Origin: the human T2T-CHM13v2.0 reference genome, Homo sapiens
Length of the DNA: 64,000 nucleotides
Reading direction: 5' to 3' (one strand)
Assembly: GCF_009914755.1 (NCBI RefSeq)
Contig: NC_060933.1
Positions 36,363-53,855 of this stretch are shown one piece after another. The notes under the pieces were generated by a model. The model saw nothing but the letters and a program-made list of their open reading frames with translations. It was not told the DNA's origin and made no database searches. The first letter of the stretch is position 1, and the number at the start of each line of letters is the position of its first letter. Both the position numbers and the translations under genes were made by a program.

Positions 36363-37652
36363 GGCCAAATATATGCCTTCCCAATGTACTTCCTGGAGTA
36401 GAAACAGTAATGAGGTGAAAAAAAGCAAGGGTATTACATTAATTAAACTCTCTTCATGTGGAAGGAAAGATCACCAATAGAAATAAAGCACTCCTGCCAA
36501 ACAGTGACATTTAGTCTTCCTGCTTTTAGATGTTCACTTACAATATCAATTTTTCTACTACATTCTCAAGTTTTCATTTCTTACCACAGGATCGATATCT
36601 TCTGAGCCAAATGAGGCTGACATTTATTTACAGTGGAAAGCTCTATGGCCCAATAAAATTATAACCAATGTCTAAAACTGGTACATTTTCTAGATTTTGT
36701 GTGATTTGGACATACACCTTGTTACAAAATATCACTGTTTTCAGTTCTGAAAATAAGGAGTCTGAAACTCTTTAATATTAAACAGTTTTTCTGAGTTGTA
36801 AGTGACCTTTGATATCCTCTATTCAACTGCTGCCCGATGTATAAACTGTCTTTATCATACCCTCTTCTAGGGGTGGTGGACGTCACCTTTCAACAACTCT
36901 GACTTTTGAGTGTTTTCCTTACAATGTGCCAGGAATTTCTCTCCCAATTCTTACACATATTGGGTCTTGTTCTATTTTCAAAAGTCATTCAGAATAAACT
37001 TCAACACAAAAGATGATCTGCTTCTGGAAATAGGCAGATAGATCGATGGTAATGATGTTGGAAATATAGATACCTGTAGGGCAAATGACCCCAAAAGGAA
37101 GCTCAAGAAGAATGATGTACCAAGTGTTGTTGGGGGAATGGAGGGAAGGAAGCCAGGGTAGAGACACAGAAGTGGAACACACATGATACATGTTAGAGAG
37201 ACTGTGAAGTGTCTGATAAAGGAGAAACTAGCAGCAGGGGGCTGAGCTATGCAAAACACGGAGGACAATGGAAGGGATTTTTGGCTGTGGGAATCAGGGT
37301 GGCTAGAGTTAGAAGCACATGGTGGGGAGAGGAGCAGGTGTTGCTCAAATTAGAACAGTTTTTCAATTTTTTTCCATTCTATTATCTGTCAGCATGGGCT
37401 TTGTTTCTTCAAGGATCTTCATGATCTTAGCTCCTAACTCTCTTGAATCTTGTAACTCTTTATACTTCCTCCATCAACACTCTGGGAAAAGCCATCATTT
37501 CCCATCTAGATTATTGTGGTTTCATTTTAATGATGTATTTGGCATTTCCATATCCCCTCTCGAAACCTGCTCTTCCATCCATTCTCTGCACTGCAACTAC
37601 AGTGATCTTTTAGTAATCAATATTTAATCATCTAACTTTTTAGATTAAAGTC

Positions 37653-38125
37653 TGTGTTAGTTTTCTGGGGCTGCTGTGACTAAATACCATTGCCTCTGGT
37701 AGATTAAAACAATAGAGATTTGTTCTCTCACAGTTCTAGAGGCTAGAAGTCAAATATCAGGGTGTCAGCAGGGTTGGTTCCTCCTGGAGGCTCTGAGGGA
37801 GAGTCTGTTCATGCCTCTCTCCCAGCTTCTGGTGGTTGTGGGCAATCTTTATTGTTCCTCATCTGGTAGATGCAACACTTCAGTCTCTGCTTCTGTCTTC
37901 ATGTGGCTGTGTTCTAGAGGCATTGGTTTCCACCCCTTTGCAAATCTGTGTCCAAATTTCTCTCTTCTTATAAGGACACCAGCCATCAGGTTAAGGCCCA
38001 CTTTAATCCACTATGGCCTTGTCTTTTTGATTACATCTGCGTAGATGACTCTATTTTCAAATAAGGTCACATTCTGAGGTTTAAGGTGGGCATAAATTTT
38101 TGGGGAACACTATTCAACCCCACAC
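37653..38125 (-). mobile_element. MLT1 (MaLR) LTR
   Basis: TGTGTTAGTTTTCTGGGGCTGCT...ATTCAACCCCACACA. Confidence 0.8.
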
Positions 38126-39149
38126 AAATCCTCTCTTCATTTAGTAAATATTGATTGAGTCCCTACTCTGTTTCAGGAATTCCAAAGCCCATTGATGACT
38201 TCCCAAAAGTGATGACTGAGCTGATTTTCAAAGGGCAATAGACAAGTAGAAGAAGCATCCAGGATGAGGACACCATGAATGAGCCAATGTAGGCAGGAGC
38301 CTGGCACATTGAAGAAGCAAGATGAAGCCCCTGGGGAAAGTAGGCATGGGAAGAAGAGCTAATCAGCATTTATCAAAGGATAAATTTGGCTACCTACATT
38401 GGCTCATGATGTCCTCTTCCAGGATGCTTCTCCTACTTGTCTGTTGTCCTTTGGATGTCATCTCAGCCATCACTTTTCTGGAATAAGGCACCCTGTTATA
38501 TGCACTCATAGAATTCTGTTCCCTTCCTCTATAACTCGTATGATGATTTATAATTACTCATTAATTAATATGATTAACATTTGTCATCTCCTTGACCTAA
38601 TACACAGGGATCTTGTTTCCTTTACCTCACCACTATATTCCTGGAGCTTAGTACTATGTCTGGCACATCGTGGGTGGCCACTAAATATTTGTTGAAAAAA
38701 TGAAGTCACACCTGGCATTGAAGCTAGGGGCACCTCCTGGCAAAAGCCAGAATAACTGGGTGTAAAGCTGAAAGTAGTGACTATGCAGTGTATTCCTGAC
38801 TTGCCTATTTGTATAGAACTTGTGTCTAAGATTCCTGATGAGGTGGTTGACTAGTCTGTGTTCTGGTCACAGGTTTATCTGAGCTACAAACATGGACTGG
38901 ACATGGCCCTTGAGTCCTGATTTTCCACACCCAACCTATGGTCACATCCTGGAGATTCTGCCTCTCCCACGTCTCTCAGTCTGTTCACCTCTCTCCATGT
39001 CAGCTCTTCCTGCCCTTATGGAGACCTTTATCATGTCTTGTCTCCAAACCAGGCTCCTTGCAGAGATGACGGCCCCCTTTCAATCCATTCTCTACATTGT
39101 AGGCAAATCAGTTTTTATAAAATGCAAGTTTGAATACATCATTGTATTA

Positions 39150-39578
39150 TCTTGATAGGGCTGCAGTAACAAAGTACCACAAACAGAATGGCTTAAACAA
39201 CAGAAGTGTATTTGTATTGTCTCACAGTTCTGGAGGCTGGAAGTCCGAAATTGAGGTGTTGTCAGGATTGGTTCCTTCTGAGGGCTGTGATGGAAGGATC
39301 TGTTCTGAACCTTTCTCTCTGGCTTGTAGATAGCTGTCTTCTCTCTGTGTCTCTTCATATTGCCTTCCTTTATGCACATGTGTTTCTGTTTCTGTATTCA
39401 AACTTCTCCTCTTTATAAGGACACCAGTCGTGTTGGATTATGACCCACCCTCATGACCTTATCTTAACTTGATTATCTCTCTAAAGGGCCCATCTCCAAA
39501 TAATGCCACATTCTGAGGTACTAGGGGTTAGGACTCCAACATATTTTTTTTGGAAGGGGCACAATTCAGCCATAACAG
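39150..39578 (-). mobile_element. MLT1 (MaLR) LTR, flanked by L2-like fragments
   Basis: AGGGCTGCAGTAACAAAGTACCAC...ATTCAGCCATAACA. Confidence 0.8.
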
Positions 39579-40429
39579 TGATGTTTGTGCTGCACAAGCT
39601 TCTCCATGGCCTGCAGACTTAAAGCTAATCTCCTTCCCATGATGGGCTCCTGCTGGGCTCTGCTCCATCTTTTGCCTTTCTCCCTGACTTCTTGCATTCC
39701 ATGTGCCCATTGTAAAATATTTCTTGCTGCTTCTTGCCTTAGGGACTTACTATTCCATCTGCCTGAAAATGCCCGTTCCCTCTCTCTGTTAGCCCTGGTG
39801 ATTAGTCCTCACCCTTTGCCTCAGATTAGATATTGCATCCTTTTGGAAGCCTTCCTGATGTTCCTCCACGATAGGCAACCCTCTCACACACACGACCTGG
39901 AACTAAATCAGTACTTACAACACTGTCTTCCCCACTAGACTGTGAGCTGCCTGAATACAAGAACTGTGTCTGGTTCCTTGTTACCCCATCCCACCTGGCA
40001 TGGTGCCTGGGACACAATGGTCCCTTGATAAATATTTTCGAGATGAAATAATGCTTAGATGGACATTTATAATTATGAACAGATGTAAAGAAGAAATGCA
40101 ACAGACCTCAAGCCACTATCTAAAGAGCAGCATTCCATTTAAGTCACTACAGATGGGACAGAGACCAACCAGAATGGCGGGAACCCCTCTCCTTGAAGGT
40201 GCCTCTTGGTCTCTTACAGCTTCAACTTTAAAACAGACTCCTAGGGACTCTGAGTTGGAGAAATTCCTAGAGATCCATTAGGATCATTTTAAAGAAGGGA
40301 GAAATTGGAGCATGATGGGAGGAAGAACCTTAATTATCCTGACATTTTTATTGTTAGTCAAGACTGGTACCTGGACTTCTTGGCTTCTCCATGAAAAGAG
40401 TAAATGGTTTGCCTGTAATAGAGGTCATG

Positions 40430-40660
40430 TGCATGGAGGTTAAGAGAATGGGTGCTGGTCCACTTTTTAGGTATATGGTCCTGCCTCTTATCAGGCAAGT
40501 GATCTAGGGCAAGTCACCTAACCTCTCTGTGACACGGTTTCTCCATCTGTGAAGTGGGGACAATGGGAGTACCTATCTCAAAGTTGAGAAGATTTGCTGA
40601 ACAAAAGCATGTTAAAGCACAATGCCCAGCAGGTGGTCAACATCCCCATCCCCAAATGTT
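40430..40660 (+). mobile_element. MIR
   Basis: GGGCAAGTCACCTAACCTCTCTGTG..TTTCTCCATCTGTGAAGTGGG. Confidence 0.7.
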
Positions 40661-41454
40661 AGTATTTATACTATGAGGAAGAGAAAATATTTTAGTAAAG
40701 TAACCAGTCATAGCTAAATCTTGGAAGCCTGCCTGGTCTGCACTTAGATTAACCAAACATGTAAAAATCAGAGGTTTAGTCATAGTGACCCCTCATTCCT
40801 TTCTGTACACATGGATAGTGCTTGATTTCATTGGGTTCATTTGGACAATAACACATGAATAAGCCTTTCCTGATTCACTGGGGTCTTATCAAAACACTCA
40901 GAGTGATTTTTTGCCCATGTTTGACTCATGGACATTTTGGAACCCACCATTCTCCCATGGAGGGCAGTGAGGAAGGCATACATGATAGACGGGGCTATTT
41001 AGTCATGGCGCCTCCTGTGTCCAGATGTTTTATTTCCACTGTCCAGAAGCAGAAGCCTTTTCCACACTGTGTCTGCAAATTTATTCAGAAACCACACTTC
41101 AGCTGAAGGCTCCAGCCACCTGACATTTCCCACTCATTAACTCCCTAGGGGAGAACAAGGATACAAGAAGAGGGAAGCAGAGTGACAGTGGTCATAGGTT
41201 TTCCTGATACTGCTTCAGATCCCTGACTCATTCCCCACCTCTGGTCCCCAGCACCATCCTAACTTCCCATCCTAGCAGACAGAGTGACCCAGAACCACTG
41301 AGTGAGGACCTGTGTGGTCTGGAGACCCTGTCCCAACTGTAATGCTTTAACCTTCCTTTGCCAGGCCTCCTTAGGGCCCTTTGTGCTCCAAGGGAACAGG
41401 GTAGTCTCTCTCCCAGCTCTTCCCTCAGGGAACTCTGCTCTATGACTTCTCCAA

Positions 41455-41780
41455 TTTGTTTTGTTTTGTTTTGTTTGTTTCTTTTTTTTTTCTCTGAGAT
41501 AGAGTCTGGCTCTGTCACCCAGGCTGGAGTGCAGTGAAGTGATCTCCGCTCACTGCAACCTCTGCCTCCTGGACTCAAGTGAGCCTCTCACCTCAGCCTC
41601 CTGAGTAGCTGTAACTACAGACATGTGCCACCACACTTGGCTAATTTTTGCATTTTTTTTTGGTACAGACAGGGTTTTGCCATGTTGCCTAGGCTGGTCT
41701 CAAACTTTTGGGCTCAAATGATCCACCCGCCTTGGTCTCCCAAATTGCTGGGATTACAGGCGTGAGCCATCATGCCTGGT
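41455..41780 (-). mobile_element. AluJ/S
   Basis: Alu dimer with (TTTTG)n tail. Confidence 0.88.
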
Positions 41781-42061
41781 CAACCTTTTCCAAGCTTAGC
41801 AAGCAAAGGACAGCCCAAGGAGATGGAGCATGTCATTGCCTCTTCCCTAGTACTGAGAATATTCCCAGAGCTTTCATGGTCATATCTCAGAGGTGTGACT
41901 CAGCTTCCCCATTTGTAGGTAACTCAGGTTGAGGAACAGGAGTGAGTATTTTGGAATATGAGGGATGTCTATAAAAGTGAAATGCTATTTTGTCTTTTGG
42001 TATGGGATAGCTTAATATTGGGGGACAATAGTTTTCAGGTAATGGAATAGTGTGGCTTGGT

Positions 42062-42090
42062 TGTGTGTGTGTGCGTGTGTGTGTGTGTGT
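42062..42090. repeat. (TG)n microsatellite
   Basis: About 14 units with one CG interruption. Confidence 0.9.
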
Positions 42091-42326
42091 ATTTATGCTA
42101 GTCCAGGGACAAGTGATGAAGGTAGATTAGAGTTATGTTGGTTTACAAATTCTATCAGGTTCTTTGGATTCTCGGGATATTGACAATGTCGGGGGCTCTT
42201 TAAGTGCTGAATTTTCAGCATGTAGTAAGAACAGTTTTACATGATTTATCTATTGGGGAAACTCTAAGAATTGTTCCAGTTTTAGTTGCAATAGTGGCCC
42301 TCCAGCTCCTTCCAGTTACTGGCCTC

Positions 42327-42877
42327 TGACAGAGCAGGAGTACTGTTATCTTGGACAAACAGCTCCACTTTAAGTTCCAGCTCCCTTTCTAACCTCATGC
42401 ATTTCAAGGAAATCACTTATCTTCTAACAATAAGCAGCCAGAAAGAGCAGACGGTAAAACACAGATAAGACAGCTTGGGCACAGAGAGAGGGGGAAAGTC
42501 TCTTGGGTAACCACCAAACTTCACACTCACAATGGGCCCCAGTAAAACAGTGGGTCCTAATAAGTACATTCCTTTCCCTTTAGGTGCACGAAGATAGGGA
42601 AGCTAAAAGCAGACTCAGGGGGTATGCCTGCAGCTGCAGGAAGATGTGTGGGAACAGACACAAAAACCCTCCCTCCCAGATAAGCAAGACAGACAAACAT
42701 TCCAAGCCCGTGATAAGCTCTTCTGCCTTGAACCCTTAAAACCTCTCAGTCTGTAAGAGAGAATGCCTCTGACCTAACTTGGCCAGAAGCCCCTCTCAGG
42801 TTTATTCTCCAAAATAAACCTCTCTTTGACTGTTGAGCCACTTTTTGTGTTTCTTTCTTCTTTCTTTAATTCTTGTA
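42327..42877 (+). mobile_element. Solo ERV1 LTR, probably LTR19-type
   Basis: Starts TGACAGAGCAGGAG; AATAAA near 42813; TSD GCCTC (42322-42326/42878-42882). Confidence 0.75.
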
Positions 42878-43303
42878 GCCTCTGTTACTGGGCATGGAGT
42901 CATCTGTCTTCTATGGAGCACCTCTGTCTTTTGGTCAAAGAGGGAAAATGAAATCCTGGCCCTATGGATACTGGGAAGCATACTCAAGTATCTCTGTACG
43001 TATCAAATGAGACAAGGGCTTGTTCAGGAGAGACACTAGACTTTCTGTTAATCTATACTTTGGGATTCCTGGAAGTTGCATTCTGAGATGCTCCAGATTC
43101 ACATGAAAAAAAAAACAAGCCAAGTGCTTGACTGGCTGGGTTTCTTTCCTCCGCTCCTCCTTCCTTTCCTTATTTGCTCTCTCCTTTCCTTTCTTCCTTC
43201 CTTCTCTTTCTTTTCTTTTTCTGTCTCATCCTGTTCTAAAAACAATAGGGTTGTTTAGAAGGATACATACAACAGACAAGATAAAATAAATTAAAAATAG
43301 TCG

Positions 43304-44445
43304 AGGCTGAGTGCTGTGGCTCACATCTGTAATCTCAGCACTTTGGAAGACCAAGGCGGGAGGATTGGTTGAGCCCGATGAAGGGAGCCAGCCCCTGCAC
43401 ACCTGTGGGTATTTCTTGTCAGGTGGGATGAGAGACTGAGAAAAGAAATAAGACACAGAGACAAAGTATAGAGAAAGAACAGTGGGCCTAGGGAACTGGC
43501 ACTCAGCCTGCGGAGGACTTGCACTGGCACCGGTCTCTGAGTTCCCTCAGTATTTATTGATTACTATTTTCACTATCTCAGCAAGGGGAATGCGGCAGGA
43601 GAACAGGGTGATAGTGGGGAGAAGGTCACCAAGAAAACATATGTGCAAAGGAATCTGTGTCACAAATAAATTCAAGGGAAGGTACTATGCGTGGATATAC
43701 ACGTAGGCCAGATTTATGCTTTTCTCCACCTAAACATCTTAGTGGAGTAAAGAGTAACAGAGCAGTATTGCTGCCAGCACGTCTTGCCTCCCACCATAGG
43801 GCAGTTTTTCTCCTACCTCAGAATAGAACAAATGTACAATCGGGTTTTATACTGAGACATTCAGTTCCCAGGGGCAGGCAGGAGACGGAGGCCTTCCTCT
43901 TATCTCAACTGCAAGAGGCCTTCCTCTTTTACTAATCCTCCTCATCACAGACCCTTCACGGGCGTCAGGCTGGGGGATGGTTAGGTCTTTCCCATCCCAA
44001 GAGGCCATATCCAGGCTATCTCAGTAGGGAGAAACCTTGGACAATACCTGGCTTTCCTGGGCAGAGGTCCCTGCGGCTTTCTGCAGTGCATTGTGCTCCT
44101 GGTTACTCGAGAATGGAGAATGGTGATGACTTTTACCCAGCATACTGCCTGTAAACATACTGTTAACAAGGCACATCCTGCACAGCCCTAGATCCCTTAA
44201 ACCTTGATTCCATACAACACATGTTTCTGTGAGCTCAAAGTTGGGGCAAAGTTACAGATTAACAGCATCTCAAGGCAAAACAATTTTTCAGGGTACAAGT
44301 CAAAATGGAGTTTCTTATGTCTTCCTTTCTACATAGACACAGTAACAGTCTGACCTCTCTTTCTTTTCCATACACCCAGGAGTTTGAGACCAGCTTGGGC
44401 AACAGAGCAAGACGCCGTGTCTACAAAAAAAAAAAAAAAAAAACA
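43304..44445 (+). mobile_element. Alu monomer (FLAM) split by LTR5B
   Basis: 5' part 43304-43378, 3' part from 44375 to the polyA. Confidence 0.8.
43379..44374 (-). mobile_element. Solo LTR5B (HERV-K HML-2)
   Basis: Reverse complement TGTATGGAAAAGAAAGAGAGGTCAGACTGTTACTGTGTCTATGTAGAAAG...CCCTTCA, 996 bp. Confidence 0.88.
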
Positions 44446-44590
44446 AGCGATAATAAGTAAAAAAAAAAAGTAGGGTAAGAACAAGATGACGTTTCTGCAA
44501 GGTGAGTATACAAAATCAGTGGGAAGGCGGGGTCTTATGTAGGGATTGATGAGACACAACAGGCTTCACCCAGCACCACAATTTATATAG

Positions 44591-45119
<529 letters not shown>

Positions 45120-45444
45120 TATGAGATGTATTTCTATCTATCATTTTTCTGTGCAGCTGCCTCTTGTCAATTACTAGCAATTGCTGGTTATCCAGTTACT
45201 AGTTAACAAATCAACAAAGAGGTGCAGCATGCTGGTTCACTATATAGCCGGATCCTAGTTTATCATAGATCGGGTATGCTGTACATTCTTTGAATTACTG
45301 TTGCGTGAAATAAAACTGAGAGTCAAGTCCTCAGGTTTTCTTGAGGCTGAAAAAAAGATTATACTCCATCTGTTAATCTTTCCTCCCAGTTTACCTCTGA
45401 CTTTTGTCAATACTTCTTTGCCATATGTTCCTTGGGCATTTAAA

Positions 45445-46378
<934 letters not shown>

Positions 46379-46602
46379 ACCTAGTTTAGAAAGTGATCCT
46401 TAATGTAGTAACTTCTATAACATTTTATGCACAAAAATACATTTTAAAACTCTGCAACCATGAGGACCATATTATTCAATGAGCAGTTGGAATTCTTTCC
46501 CAAGAATCACATTGAGCCATGAGTATATTTACTTAAAAATTTCTGATATATCTTTTTTAGTTGGACTATCTTCTCTCTTCCCTTTTTCTCCACTATCACC
46601 TG

Positions 46603-46996
<394 letters not shown>

Positions 46997-47333
46997 CTAA
47001 ATTTACTTCTTTCTTTGGCCAATAGATCTCCATGAGTATTGCATCAACTGGAAGTTTTAGTTTGACTTCTCAAAATACCTTTTTATTCTGGCAACCATTT
47101 TCATTTATTTTTTATAAAGTAGCCTACAAATTCTTTATTACCTGTAGCAGAAAGATTAGACAATGTTCAGGACATTAATATAATCATGTCAATTTCCTAG
47201 CCTTCTCAGCAAAAATACCATTTTCTCATACACATTTCCCATAACTGGTGTAATTACTGGAGGTCATTGCTCAGTAAAGTCCAGGTTCCCTCTGGTCTGG
47301 GGGCATAATTACACTTCACCCACCAAGGAGTAA

Positions 47334-47627
<294 letters not shown>

Positions 47628-48057
47628 CCAAGGAATAAGTATTAGAGTAACTCAGGTTCCAGGTATCACTGTGGAGCACTGCCCATCTGTCCACAATTGG
47701 TAGAGTTTGAGCCGGTTAAGGATCAACTTTGGGTCATCCAAGGTAATACCAATTGTATCACAGAGTCAAAACTCCTTTCAACTTTTTGACACTGTTGCTC
47801 TGAGGGAGTAGCAGTAAATGGCATGCTTACCAGTCATCTTGCCATATGCCATAGGTTAGGTTGGCCATAGTGTTCCCATAAACATACCTCCTCTTGCTTG
47901 AGCCTGCAGCACAACTGCTATTTAAATATATCAGGTGCTGTTGCTGTTGACATGGCAATTATTCCTTCCCTGGTGAGCATATGGATTCTTGTCCGGAGTT
48001 ATTGACAAGCAAGATGCTGAGCGAGTTGGGTAACATGCATAGTCCATTCAAATACTG

Positions 48058-48736
<679 letters not shown>

Positions 48737-49686
48737 CATTGCTTCATCATATTTCTGGGCCAAATGCAAGTTCAGTGAGTTTCCTGGGAGAGAACTCCCC
48801 CTAGTGACCATTTAGACCACAAGCATGAGTCTCCAGAAAAGTCATTTCCACTTGCCATGCTTAACCAAGTTCCCAACCTCCTAAGTCCCTCTTAGTACTC
48901 TGGACCAATGCTGGGTCTGTGATCACAAGTGTTGCAGCCATGAGTACTTGTGATACAAGACTAATTCAAGTACACTACATGCATCTAAAAAGTACTGTGT
49001 CCCTCAAGAGATTGTAGGGTTATCATACTCAGTTCCCAGGGGCTGTTCAGTTCAAGTATCCCAAAGGCTTCCCATAATCATCGTATTGGAAATTCCAGGG
49101 TGAGATCATCATTGGTATGTGACAACCAGGTCATGTCAATATTCACCTCTCAGACATCATTGTGATTTTTTGAATGCCTGCCTGTATTGTTTTCCAAACA
49201 CATTACCATATGCTGTAGTTAAAAGGGCAAACTAGACTCCAATATGCTAGGCAGACAACTGCAATGATGTCTCCCTCATACCCAGGTATTTGCTTTAACA
49301 ATGGAGTGTCATCTTGGGTTACAACAACATGATGCAGAGCTGTTAGCTGACAGTCACAGTATGTTCAGTGAGGTTCAAAGGCAGGAATCCTCTTAGTGCT
49401 ACAGTGAATCAGCATGATACACATAAGAACAAAATGTGACTAAAACAGTAATCCCAACCTACTGTTGCTTAGGCAGGTCATCAAAGAACTCTGAGGTCTT
49501 CTCTCCAAATCTCGTACATAAGGTCTCAGGTAATTGTTGCCATGTGGCTTCGGTCCAATCCTCCTTATCAAGGGGAAATAAATCTTGGGGTATTTCCTTG
49601 TATGGGCTATGATCAGCACCACATATGAGAGAAACAGCTAAGAATATTGTTCTCCTGCTCCTGAGATAAAAATGACAACTCCCAGT

Positions 49687-49980
<294 letters not shown>

Positions 49981-50344
49981 TCACCTTCCTTTCCAGGTAT
50001 TATTTCCCATTTTATGATCTCTTTCCATTTATTACCTGTCTTGATCCAGACTGGGCTTCTCTGGGTAGACATCTCTGGTTCAGCTATCCTGCCCTCTACA
50101 GGCATGTAGCAGATTAAGCTTTCCAGAACTGCTTCTTGTGTCCATTACCAGGTAGAAGGCATAGGGCTAGAAAGGCAAACGAAGATGGGAATGTCTCACA
50201 GGGGAGGGACGCATCACCTATGGTCAGCCGTCATGAGATGAAGTCACTATCCATCTCATTATTTGTTTAGGAATATGCACAGTCAAGTTATTTATTTGTT
50301 TATCTTTAACTTTAGGTTTCTTTTTAAATAAAACAAATTTGCCT

Positions 50345-51620
50345 CCAGCAAACACTAAACTGCTTCTGCCTCTATAAAGTTGTCAGTTTTGGATATTTTA
50401 TACAAATGAAACACAAAAAAAGGCAAGCCTTTTATGTCCGGCTTCTTTCACTTTACATAATGTTTTCAAGGTTCATTCATGTTTAGCCTGTACTAGTACT
50501 TCATTCCTATTTATGGCTGAGTAATATTTCATTATATGAAGATGCCACATTTTGTTTATACATGCATCCATTGATGAACATTTGTGTTGTTTCCACTTTT
50601 TGGCTATTGTTAGTAGTGCTGGTACGAACATTTGGATGCAAGTTTTTGTTTGAATACCTATTTTCAATTGTTTTAGGTATACATCTAGGGGTAGAGTTGC
50701 TAGGTCATCTTGTATCTTTGTTTAACTGATTGAGGAATAAACTATTGTCCACACTGTCCATACCATTTTACATTCCCAATAACAGTGTATGAGTGTTTTA
50801 ATTTCTTTGAACTATTTGTTTATCATTTTGTTGATAGCCATGATAAGGGGTATGAAGTGATATTTTATTGTCATTGTGTCTTGCATTTCCATAATGACAA
50901 ATGACACTGAGCATCTTCTATGTGCTTGTTGGCCATTTACATATTTTCTTTGGAGGGATGCCTATTCATGTTCTTTACCCATTAAAACATTTTTTCCCTT
51001 CGTCTTTTGTTGTTGAGTTATAAGAGCTCTTTATATATTCTGGATAAGATATCGATATCCTTATCAGACATATGGTTTACAAATATTTTCTTCCATTTTG
51101 TGAATTGTGTTTTCACTCTCACAATATTGTCTTTTGATATAAAAAAGATTTTAATTTTGATAACGTTCACTTTATTTTTTTCTTTTGTGGCTTGTGTTTT
51201 TGGTGTCATGTCTATGAAACTTGGACAAATTCAAGGTGATAAAGATTTATTCATTTTTTTGTAAAAATTTTATACTTTTAGCTCTTATATTTAGGTTTTT
51301 AGTTTATTTTGAGTTTTGTATATCCTATGAAGTAAGGGCTCAACTTTATTACTTTCTATGTGTCTATCCAATCACCCCAGAACCATTTGTTGAAGAGACT
51401 ATTCTTTCTCCATTGAATGGTCTTAGCACCCAGGTTAAAAATCAATTGACCATACATATATGAGTTTATTTCTGAACTCTCAATTCCATTCAATTGATCT
51501 AGTTATTTATCCTTATGCTAGTAGCACACATTTTTTTATGACGGCAGTTTTGTAGTATATTTTGAAGTCAGGAAGTATAAATCCTCCAAATTTGTTCTTA
51601 TTTTTCAATATTGTTTTGAC
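50345..51620 (-). mobile_element. L1MB-like 3' fragment
   Basis: ORF2 C-terminal remnants (TPKTQATKEK; [14 protein letters not shown]). Confidence 0.75.
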
Positions 51621-52076
51621 TAGGGAGGAAGAGTCTGGGGATGGAGATGAATGGGGAATAATGGCTGTAATAAGCTCTTGCATATAACAAAGCTCTAGAG
51701 GGCTATGTGCGCGCTCAGGAATAAACACGTGCCTAGAAAGATTGGAAGAGATCCTATGCTTTTAGCTCTGGCTAATCTCTAGGATCCATGTAAGCAGTAA
51801 GTGAAGGGATAAGGCAGAGCTGTAAATTACCTAGCTAACTATGGAAGGAGTGCCCTAACACAGAGACAATCTGCCAAGACAGGGGAACAGTTTTTCTCTT
51901 TTTCTTATTTTATCTTATTTTATTCTTTAATTTTCTTTTCTTTTCTTTTTGGATCCAGGAAGCTAGGAGAATCATGGTTAAATCACTAGCTGACCATTAA
52001 GCTAACAGAACCTTTAGGGAACACACACACGAAAGAATACAGTCTTTATAAAAGTAGTTTAGAAAAGTCACTAATC

Positions 52077-52840
52077 CAACATCAGTGATCATTAGAGAAA
52101 TGCAAATCAAAACCACAATGAGATACCATCTCATGCCAGTCAGAATGGTGATTATTAAAAAGTCAAGAAACAACAGATGCTGATGAGGCTGTGGAGAAAT
52201 AGGAACACTTTACATTGTTGCTGGGAATGTAAATTAGTTCAACCATTGTGGAAGACAGTGTGGCAATTCCTCAAAGACCTAGAACCAGAAATATCATTTG
52301 GATCAGCAATCCCATTACTGGATGTATAACCAAAGGAATATAAATTGTTCTGTTATAAAGATACATGCGTGTGTATGTTCATTGCAGCACTACTCACAAT
52401 AGCAAAGACATGTAATCAACCCAAATGCTCATCAGTGATAGACTCAATAACAAAAATGTGGTAAGTATACACCATGAAATACTATGCAGCCATAAAAAGG
52501 AATGAGATCATGTCCTTTGCAGGGACATGGGTGGAGCTGGAAGCCAATCTTCAGCAAACTAACACAGGAACAGAAAACCAAATACCGCATGTTCTTACTT
52601 ATAAGTGGGAGCTGAACAAAGAGAATACATGGACACAGGGAGGGAATAACACACACTGGGGCCTCTCAGGGCAGGGGCAGGGGAAGGGAGAGCATCAAGA
52701 TAAACAGCTAACGTACATGAGGCTTAATACCTAGGTGATGGGCTGATTGATAGGTGCAACAAACCACCATGGCACACGTTTGCCTATGTAACAAACCTGC
52801 ACATGTATCCTGGAACTTAAAATAAGACAAAATTAAAAAA
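52077..52840 (+). mobile_element. 5'-truncated L1PA inside an older L1M
   Basis: TSD AGAAAA(G/A)TCACTAATC (52061/52841); ORF2 C-terminus plus 3' UTR. Confidence 0.88.
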
Positions 52841-53855
52841 AGAAAAATCACTAATCAAAGAAACTACTACTACCGACAATGAGCAGCAACAATAAACCCT
52901 GGAAATGGAGGAGAATTTGATTTCTAGAGTTAGCACATTATAATATGAAAAATATTCAGTTTTAAATAAAAATTACGAGGTGTGCAAAAAAAAAAAGTTC
53001 TCAAACAAGAAACTATGGCCCATTCATGGGAAAAAAATCAACAGGAATTGTCCTGAAAGAAGCCCAGATATTGGACTTACTAGTGAAAGATTTTAAATCA
53101 ACTTTAAAAAATATGGGCAAAGAACTAAGGAAATCATGGACAAAGAACTAGAGGAAACTATGAGAACAATGCATTACCAAACAGAATATTAATAAAGGGA
53201 TGGGAATTAGAAAAAAACACCAAATAGAAATTTTATATTATAGGTAAATGGTACATTTTTTGTTTGCGACTTATTAGTCTAATGCAACTTCTAACATCTA
53301 CCCCTTTAAAAAGAATTGTAAAACCACAAAATACTCTATCTCTATTAAACCCTTTCCTGTAATTTTTGTTGTTTTCATACATTTTTAATTTTTCTTATAC
53401 TTAAGACTGTACAATAGATAACCATAATTGTGCAGTCAGCATTCATTTTTTGCTGTGTTTAATATTTTTGTTTTTCTTCATATTTTTTTAGATCTTGTTT
53501 CTGCTGGGACATTTTCCCCTTTGTCTGATGAAATTTCTTTAATATTTGTTTTAGGATAGGTGTGTTGAATAAATGTCTTCATTTGTCTTTATTTGGAAGG
53601 ATATTTTCAGTGCTTTTAGTGTCCACAATTTGTAGTTACAGTTTTTATTCTCTTAAAATGTTATTCCCTTGTCTTTTGGATTCATGTTGAAACGTGTCAG
53701 TTGTCAGGAATGAATGTTTGAAAGGAATTTGTTTTTCTTTTAACTACTTTAATGATTTTTCTTTGTCTTTGGTTTTTACTAGTTGAATTGTGGTGTGCTA
53801 AAGTCTAGTTTTCTGTATATTTATTTTGATGGGTTCAAAAAGTTTTTTATGGGGT

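Noticed and set aside
47770-47900. Minus-strand LWEHYGQPNLWHMAR*LVSMPF...ERSF, resembling a hAT transposase dimerisation motif
   Set aside because: Only one clear local motif. The glycoprotein reading explains a signal peptide and about ten collinear motifs over 2.2 kb. It remains the main alternative to test.
47960-48056. YLNG...LSILL...SPGKE, resembling bornavirus N
   Set aside because: Different frame from the longer reading, and spacing to other N-like patches does not fit.
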